This document shows positions 61,401 through 64,000 of a stretch of 64,000 nt of DNA, in pieces (position 1 is the stretch's first letter; each line of letters starts with the position of its first letter). The position numbers were made by a program, and so were the translations under genes. Source of the stretch: a virus (lineage: Duplodnaviria; Caudoviricetes); IMG/VR virus record IMGVR_UViG_2898748948_000004, positions 1-64,000 of that record; one strand, given 5' to 3'. The notes beneath the pieces are model-generated. The model made no database searches and was not told the DNA's origin. It worked only from the letters and a program-made list of their open reading frames with translations.

Positions 61401-64000
61401 AGTTCGCCAAGCAGTTCCCCAAGGGCTTGGATGTAGTAACCACCAACGGCCGCGGCACATTCCCTCTGGATCACATCGACCCCAAGGATGACGGCGGTAA
61501 GGTCTGGGTTAAGGTGGGCGGTGAGCTGAAATTCATCCGCTATACCAGCGTGGAGTCCATCGGTGGCCAGAGTGATTGGCTGTCGGGCCGCAGCACGCAG
61601 TCGGCCAAGGGCAGTAAAAAGGAAGGGCAGTCCCGCCTGGATCAGCTGGTTAATTGGCTGGGTAAGGACTTCGACGGCGTGATTGCTTTCGATGAGGCAC
61701 ATAACGCCGGCAATGCCGTAGCCCAGAAGGGCACGCGCGGCCAGTCCCAGCCTTCCGCCCAGGCCCTGGCTGTGGTCGAGTTACAAAAGCGTCTGCCCAA
61801 TGCCCGAGTGGTCTACGTGTCCGCAACTGGTGCGACCCAGGTTTCCAACCTGTCGTTCGCCACCCGTCTGGGCCTGTGGGGCCCGGCAACACCTTTTGCC
61901 GGTGTGCAGAACTTCATTGCTGAAATGACTGCTGGCGGTCTGGCGGCTATGGAGCTGGTGGCGCGCGATCTGAAACAGATGGGGGCGTACATGGCCCGCA
62001 GCCTCTCCTTTGAGGGCGTGACGTATTCCCGCGTTGAACATCAGCTGTCACCGCTACAGCAGGACATCTACAACCGTTTGGCTGAGGCGTGGCAGGTCAC
62101 GCTGCAGAACATTGACGCGGCTTTGAAGACCACGGGTGCTGTGGGCGAAAACGGCAAGGGCTCTTCCTCGGCCAAGAGCGCAGCCATGTCCGCATACTGG
62201 GGAGCACAGCAGCGCTTCTTCAGCCAGGTCATCACCAGCATGCAAATGCCTTCGGTGCTTGAGCAGATGGAGCGCGACGTTGCCGATGGCAAGGCCCTGG
62301 TGCTGCAGCTGGTCAACACCAACGAGGCCCAGCAGAACCGCTCAATCGCCAAGCGCCGGGAGGAAGATGAGTCCGCCGACTTGGAAGAGCTGGATCTCAC
62401 ACCACGCGATGTGTTGATGCAGATGGTTGAAAAGTCGTTCCCTGTTACCCAGTTCGAGGAGCAGGAAGACGATTCGGGCAAGAAGATCCGCGTGCCCGCT
62501 AAGGATTCGCAAGGCAACCCGGTCATCAACCGGGAGGCCGTGGCCATGCGCGAAGCTCTCCTAAAGGATCTCAAGGACATCCGCGTCCCCGATGGCCCTC
62601 TGGAGATCGTGCTGAACCATTTTGGTGTGGATAAGGTGGCAGAAGTCACCGGCCGCACACAGCGCGTGGTGCGCAAGCTGGACAAGGATGGCGAGCTGAA
62701 AGCGCAACTCGAGTCTCGCGGCCCCGCATCGGCCCGCGCCGATGCCAATGCGTTCATGGCTGACCAAAAGCCGATTCTGGTGTTCTCAGATGCTGGCGGT
62801 ACCGGCTATTCCTTCCACGCTGATAACACGCAGAAGAACAAGCGCAAGCGCAGCCACTATCTGATTCAGCCTGGCTGGCGTGCGGATAAAGCGGTGCAGG
62901 GTTTCGGCCGCACTCACCGTACCAACCAGGCCAGCGCGCCTCACTACTATCTGGCGTCCACCAACGTGCCTTCGCAGAAGCGCTTCCTGTCGGCCATCGC
63001 TCGCCGGCTGGATCAGCTGGGCGCTTTGACCAAGGGTCAGCGCGACACTGCCAATCAGGGCATGTTCAGCGAAAAGGACAATCTGGAGTCCATCTATGCG
63101 ACTCAGGCTGTGCAGCAATTTTTCAAGGATGGCCAGCACCAGCAGCTGGACGGCATCAGCTTCGCGGAGTTTCTGCGCCAGACTGGGCTGGAAAGCATCA
63201 TTGACGAGGAAACCAATCGCATCGCGGAAGACCGGATGCCCGATACACGCACTTTCCTGAACCGCATGCTGTCCCTCAAGCTGGATATGCAGGAAAAGGT
63301 GTTCGATGCCTTCATGCTCCGTATGGAAGAAAAGGTGGAGATGGCTGTGGAGCGCGGCGAGTTCGATGCTGGACTGCAGACGATTCGCGCTCTGGAATCC
63401 CGTGTGGTGGCAGATGATCTGGCTTACACCGACCCTCGCTCAGGTGCTGAGACGCGCCTGGTCGAGCTGGAGCTGACCCAGCCGACCACCATCTACCCAT
63501 TCCCGCACTCCCTGCAAAAGGCTGAGTACGTGGTGAATGTGAAGTCGGGCAAGGTCTATGCAAAGACTCTGGTGGGCAAGTCAACGACCAAGGAAGGTGC
63601 GGTTGTCGATCGCTTTCGCTTCTACGGCACGGGCAGCGTCCAGTCGAAGACCGCCCCAGAGATTGCCAAGGCCTTCCGTGGCTCGACCAAGGCCGAGGCC
63701 ATGAAGCTTTGGGCTGCTGAAAACGAGGCCCGCCCCAAGACCTACACCGAGCGCAAGCACATGATCGTCGGTGCGATGCTTCCGATCTGGGATCGTTTGA
63801 AGACGGACGGCTCCATTCAGGTGGCACGTACTATGACTGTGGACGGCAGCCGCCTGCTGGGCCGCGTGATCGACAAGAAGAGCCTGCCCGATGTGCGTAA
63901 GCGCCTGAATGTGTCCTCGGCTGCATCCAAGATGAGTCCGGCCCAGGTGATGGCACAGATCCTCAAGGGGGACAAGGCTGAATTGGCCAATGGCTGGTCA
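52481..64000 (+). CDS. Giant polyvalent DarB-like virion protein (at least 3840 codons, 3' end outside window): ParB-like, HExxH/LPD1-like, N6-adenine MTase, Strawberry-notch helicase
   Basis: One frame checked at LDGHHQW (55781), HEWAH (58217), LEPSAG (59888), NPPF (60086), GDGTGVGKGR (61109), DEAH (61691) and the last codon; absent from the ORF track, consistent with no stop in the window. Confidence 0.9.
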   Translation, partial: MSANDQFDPSRAVPVNSAASQKPEDDFNPGRAVPMNADNALVRGWKSMSNSVGITKDLATGDAAAVARRVKEFDDYNRVNPGSQQGQELSKAWEQGDGITGGIAGVAGEIAKDWKEAPNWVGGVRSVAGNAKAMGDGLVAQVPNMLAPMVGMVGGGVAGGAAAGPVGLAAGAWAGASAGNTLVEGGGMLMDRLNKAGINPQDTAAVEKFTREQGDAALGDAAIKGAIIGAVDAATAGAGGKILNAPARAAADRALTKMGVDMTDGAAVKAAQKSDAFKDLVAKDATFQAASSGAGNVARNVGVAALDPAGEFAGEFVGQGVATGDWDTKNAALEAISSVGQSALMYGGQKAYQAATSPLRDKRANESDKADGEPEAGNPVPLMLTNQPPDTLFTHPDGSTGRRSEMESYLNSLNDGTPAGERRMMKERARLLGYSSPEPYEFEIPDLVPWQEDYRNHSFGLPYQPLQDHLGAVQAAVRSGTQFTDQQTVDAVRSTMEDAWLEANVKQQPASAVEAASIAGQQMEQELAAAAPGETGSTAAVDAQVRTSRILSGLQNAMDSGAMGTAQSINYLNEALTRIGEQPLAQDEAARARRLLDAHAAFTGKTTPAPLPGDLAAQNPLVDEFADNAALESLVRRKPSERLGIDPSAGPNSKAAAMAVDAAQSEPATPAIDAAQPLSLQNPLLAISSSRENAAPAASPFNINGDLDGREAYQAQQIRAQQAQARAAQGSEAGGRQDQSISGIGSAPGHLGQGVGYGTAPAINNGPQVPAQNATQGQASEAQTATETGARETREPSTFSKYAGQSESSEANGAINSEAKQAAQPASDAMTIGSTPKTGDAVSVRDGVVYLGNYEALDYDSGEPITVPADATRGQVAQALRDGGVLTDRQKVFGLKDREHERISGPVAPAVQAPAPAPAANAPAPNPARLRQQKAIERINSEKGAYFFSKSKADAFLADNDLQDGYEVVQQEKAFAIKAKQAIAAAVEAEAPAAGEANPVTNQNSGTGISGRDLGDGWAEFAPESGTKSVPRAEMPQIKAEHRGAMVNFMNARGVAHEEATVPASSLKPTQREFSREKVEKAKAYTGGNRAILTSSDGHVLDGHHQWMAARENDEDVRTIRLDAPIDELVKLAHDFPSSTVADGATEGQAKEDQGEASQTAAERATQSNADFIKALAEARKELPAGFEITPMGDTISLKEKGKFAVNGLGRNRAGVEEALRQAKQRDSQNKAEAAAPEQTKGEKKKPRLAESADALWKAIKEASNGVVTERGIRYPIMEVVGGDWFMMDSNARLKLIDRGAASLSYSEPTDAQIAEFHDALEKDQVQVRVMERAGYESDYKNPKTLQILHSPSGMGFNSAARSVIHKMAFKKTEAERIESQASVKKAAEQEARKASREVERDLFRQMTAANGGMAGKSLDQVTDALKQQLGSRDASTALNPVQISRLARAIHKQLQANAAQLAKEAARDPQVKADAQAEALGNAFGEDVSPQSKGDFLLGFDHALAGKTKSTLSGAGLADMVKGYEAASEWMGTEEGAAWFEGKRRKKLENTGVDLRRHWEAMKAQMKAGESDMQKAWKQIEAATNRAELFAPYLPEGSTPGWVAYVSQLRGITKTFKQFMFDGRASWYGSVAVSRKGKEAANLEFVLDGKRYPGAMSIEQRQQWQTDPVFRMAQLREAAELYIEKVQELTAFLDGATSLKEAADRFVDTMVAEKHQEKARNRDTYYSRYERINADRLDGVLYGVHGGGVFDRGVWNGDSYDFTKFRAASPWASGLIANEATHALPTRATPLTPPKLDRVDRAMSKDHRGGKDVTPAQFKAQFGFADVGFGNWVGAKNDQDHLNYAFDAFMDLAEHFGFAPKNIGLGGVLHFTVGALGHGKFAAHFSPNHPGPNGRVQVMNLTNTKGDGTVYHEWAHALDHNLGGEWDRVKVMILNAFKFKAYEASDWERVARNFLVGGSYWQGNKNQDKVDAAIQGLRYYANTGARRGLTAYKENADKLGKDYWGNDAELLARAVEAWSADSLGGINSYLVNQDWVGDGKVTQASGYRGTPYPTGGERVVFGQYLTALAKSVKFTDGKPTVTVTDFERNLPANMGAGEVRRRELLSREGMQAYFEQVQEERAMAAEEKARLELEKQAEDKAKVDAMAEQALAELEAMSKPAVVDAPAPSESRGPLSDDDLSAIFDQAAAELREQTQEQPNVSATNEAAAISETVAATVQAAAGQADKTAAKLIAEAAKLGVTGANEALSGLAKLFGGGKGGRLNSFPAGFDEETYKAAKPHFKAALSSFQAAGKSLKDLFKLLIQNFGDGVKDYAIQFAKDEGLSAQLGKAPTAGAARSPSGVLADWVKSQLERGAADGSFDWRALFEQADSAFGGTQAEGKYTPKDAYDAMEAGVNHFILSRPGEFNPNASQDAAHIIVERLHRITQMLPTQTKRTAEQDEFQQFSTVPALAYAANWAANMDSSDTMLEPSAGIGGLAAFAKNAGAKLILNELSSRRAAVLREVFPAAKVFTENAEQIDNILPATEIPSVVVMNPPFSATAGRIQGKRDTHVGAQHVEQGLKRLADGGRLVAIVGEGMNLDRPAFADWWKGIRAKYDVRAVIPMDGSGYAKYGTTFDNAILVIDKVKPSNRPIVTTPAKTYSDLIGSLAEIRNDRPESIFPSNDRDGLELDAAEHALAESSQAGRGSAQPEQSGSDQRSDVGRAESGRGQGLGAGGGGRGSAGGSGVAGNDGAKSRPGRGAGSNDARGSRDDSATGGGGSDAAQSALSIQATEQAGDPEAGLSDSIFESYQPQRLQVPGAKPHPGPLVQSSAMAAVLPPVPTYTPNLPKETIEKGLLSIAQIEAVVYAGQAHQELLEPITVDGKDVAYRRGFFIGDGTGVGKGREISGIILDNMRQGREKAVWISEKPGLLPDAQRDYSGIGGDSKQIFNVSKTKAEEQINADKGIAFLSYATLRSGAKSQENVATPTTKAQFAKQFPKGLDVVTTNGRGTFPLDHIDPKDDGGKVWVKVGGELKFIRYTSVESIGGQSDWLSGRSTQSAKGSKKEGQSRLDQLVNWLGKDFDGVIAFDEAHNAGNAVAQKGTRGQSQPSAQALAVVELQKRLPNARVVYVSATGATQVSNLSFATRLGLWGPATPFAGVQNFIAEMTAGGLAAMELVARDLKQMGAYMARSLSFEGVTYSRVEHQLSPLQQDIYNRLAEAWQVTLQNIDAALKTTGAVGENGKGSSSAKSAAMSAYWGAQQRFFSQVITSMQMPSVLEQMERDVADGKALVLQLVNTNEAQQNRSIAKRREEDESADLEELDLTPRDVLMQMVEKSFPVTQFEEQEDDSGKKIRVPAKDSQGNPVINREAVAMREALLKDLKDIRVPDGPLEIVLNHFGVDKVAEVTGRTQRVVRKLDKDGELKAQLESRGPASARADANAFMADQKPILVFSDAGGTGYSFHADNTQKNKRKRSHYLIQPGWRADKAVQGFGRTHRTNQASAPHYYLASTNVPSQKRFLSAIARRLDQLGALTKGQRDTANQGMFSEKDNLESIYATQAVQQFFKDGQHQQLDGISFAEFLRQTGLESIIDEETNRIAEDRMPDTRTFLNRMLSLKLDMQEKVFDAFMLRMEEKVEMAVERGEFDAGLQTIRALESRVVADDLAYTDPRSGAETRLVELELTQPTTIYPFPHSLQKAEYVVNVKSGKVYAKTLVGKSTTKEGAVVDRFRFYGTGSVQSKTAPEIAKAFRGSTKAEAMKLWAAENEARPKTYTERKHMIVGAMLPIWDRLKTDGSIQVARTMTVDGSRLLGRVIDKKSLPDVRKRLNVSSAASKMSPAQVMAQILKGDKAELANGWS
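54603..54746 (+). CDS. Candidate nested gene in the +1 frame of the giant ORF (47 aa, basic)
   Basis: GGAGA 7 nt before the ATG; MAVKPIKPSKSERNRRKQEQRKAAKLVADKTKAFQALAVHLGIWGKA. Confidence 0.4.
   Translation: MAVKPIKPSKSERNRRKQEQRKAAKLVADKTKAFQALAVHLGIWGKA
60444..60788 (+). CDS. Candidate nested gene in the +1 frame of the giant ORF (114 aa, helical)
   Basis: Globular-looking sequence with host-typical codons, while the giant frame is a G/S/R linker full of A/T-ending codons. Confidence 0.6.
   Translation: MTDQNLFSRQTIVTDLNSTPQSMHLLSLLKQAGVPHNPNNLVVTSVLMWAAQNLAGDRGWAQEVEGAAALADLESPEMMAQNLAQAEVLEATTLEEAAMILLQEVADLMPPNQL

Larger units (their letters stand above)
1..64000. mobile_element. Temperate phage/prophage interior (podovirus-like late module with giant DarB-like virion protein); both ends lie outside the window
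   Basis: Continuous phage gene content: repressor/Cro switch, replication and nin-like genes, TerS/TerL, portal, major capsid; no host housekeeping genes seen. Confidence 0.95.

Noticed and set aside
53354-63827. Many 100-340-aa minus-strand ORFs within the giant gene
   Set aside because: Antisense mirror ORFs of a high-GC3 gene; no RBS or domain signal
1-64000. CRISPR array, reverse transcriptase/DGR, transposase, integrase or att site
   Set aside because: No regularly spaced repeat-spacer array, no RT (YxDD) or DDE motifs recognised, and no tyrosine/serine recombinase in the window; dispersed repeats are coding linkers or terminators

Overview
The whole window reads as the interior of one temperate phage or prophage. 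A betaproteobacterial (Burkholderiales/Comamonadaceae-like) host is inferred from protein style, e.g. the H-NS family member. No host housekeeping genes, integrase, att site, lysis genes or clear tail genes lie inside the window. Layout: (1) 1-28.1 kb is a leftward early operon of about 50 mostly translationally coupled genes. It includes a PrtN/excisionase-like gene, mosaic accessory proteins built from shared modules, HAD, ASCH and MazG-like domains, two DNA methyltransferases, DUF5131, H-NS, RdgC, a membrane cassette ending in a TAXI-family solute-binding protein, and a vWA protein. Repeated terminator-plus-RBS hairpins and two hairpin-dense non-coding stretches punctuate it. (2) 28.8-30.1 kb is a lambda-like immunity switch: repressor, Cro and five 15-bp operators. 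(3) 30.1-38.2 kb holds replication and nin-like genes, including a third methyltransferase and a frameshifted phosphatase. (4) 38.2-40.3 kb is a moron-like insert. (5) 40.4-64 kb holds the late genes: TerS, a TerL split into two genes, portal, scaffold, N4-gp56-like major capsid, adaptor, an ejection-like protein, an antisense membrane gene, and a giant polyvalent DarB-like ORF of at least 3840 codons (ParB-like, HExxH/LPD1-like, N6-MTase, Strawberry-notch helicase) that runs off the window. Strongest leads: (a) apparent genes nested in the +1 frame of the giant ORF, and (b) an antisense membrane protein whose C-terminus carries the same FDPSRAVP/DDFNPxRAVP motifs as the giant protein's N-terminus, suggesting a decoy-type superinfection-exclusion system. 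All family assignments come from motif recognition by eye; no searches were run.
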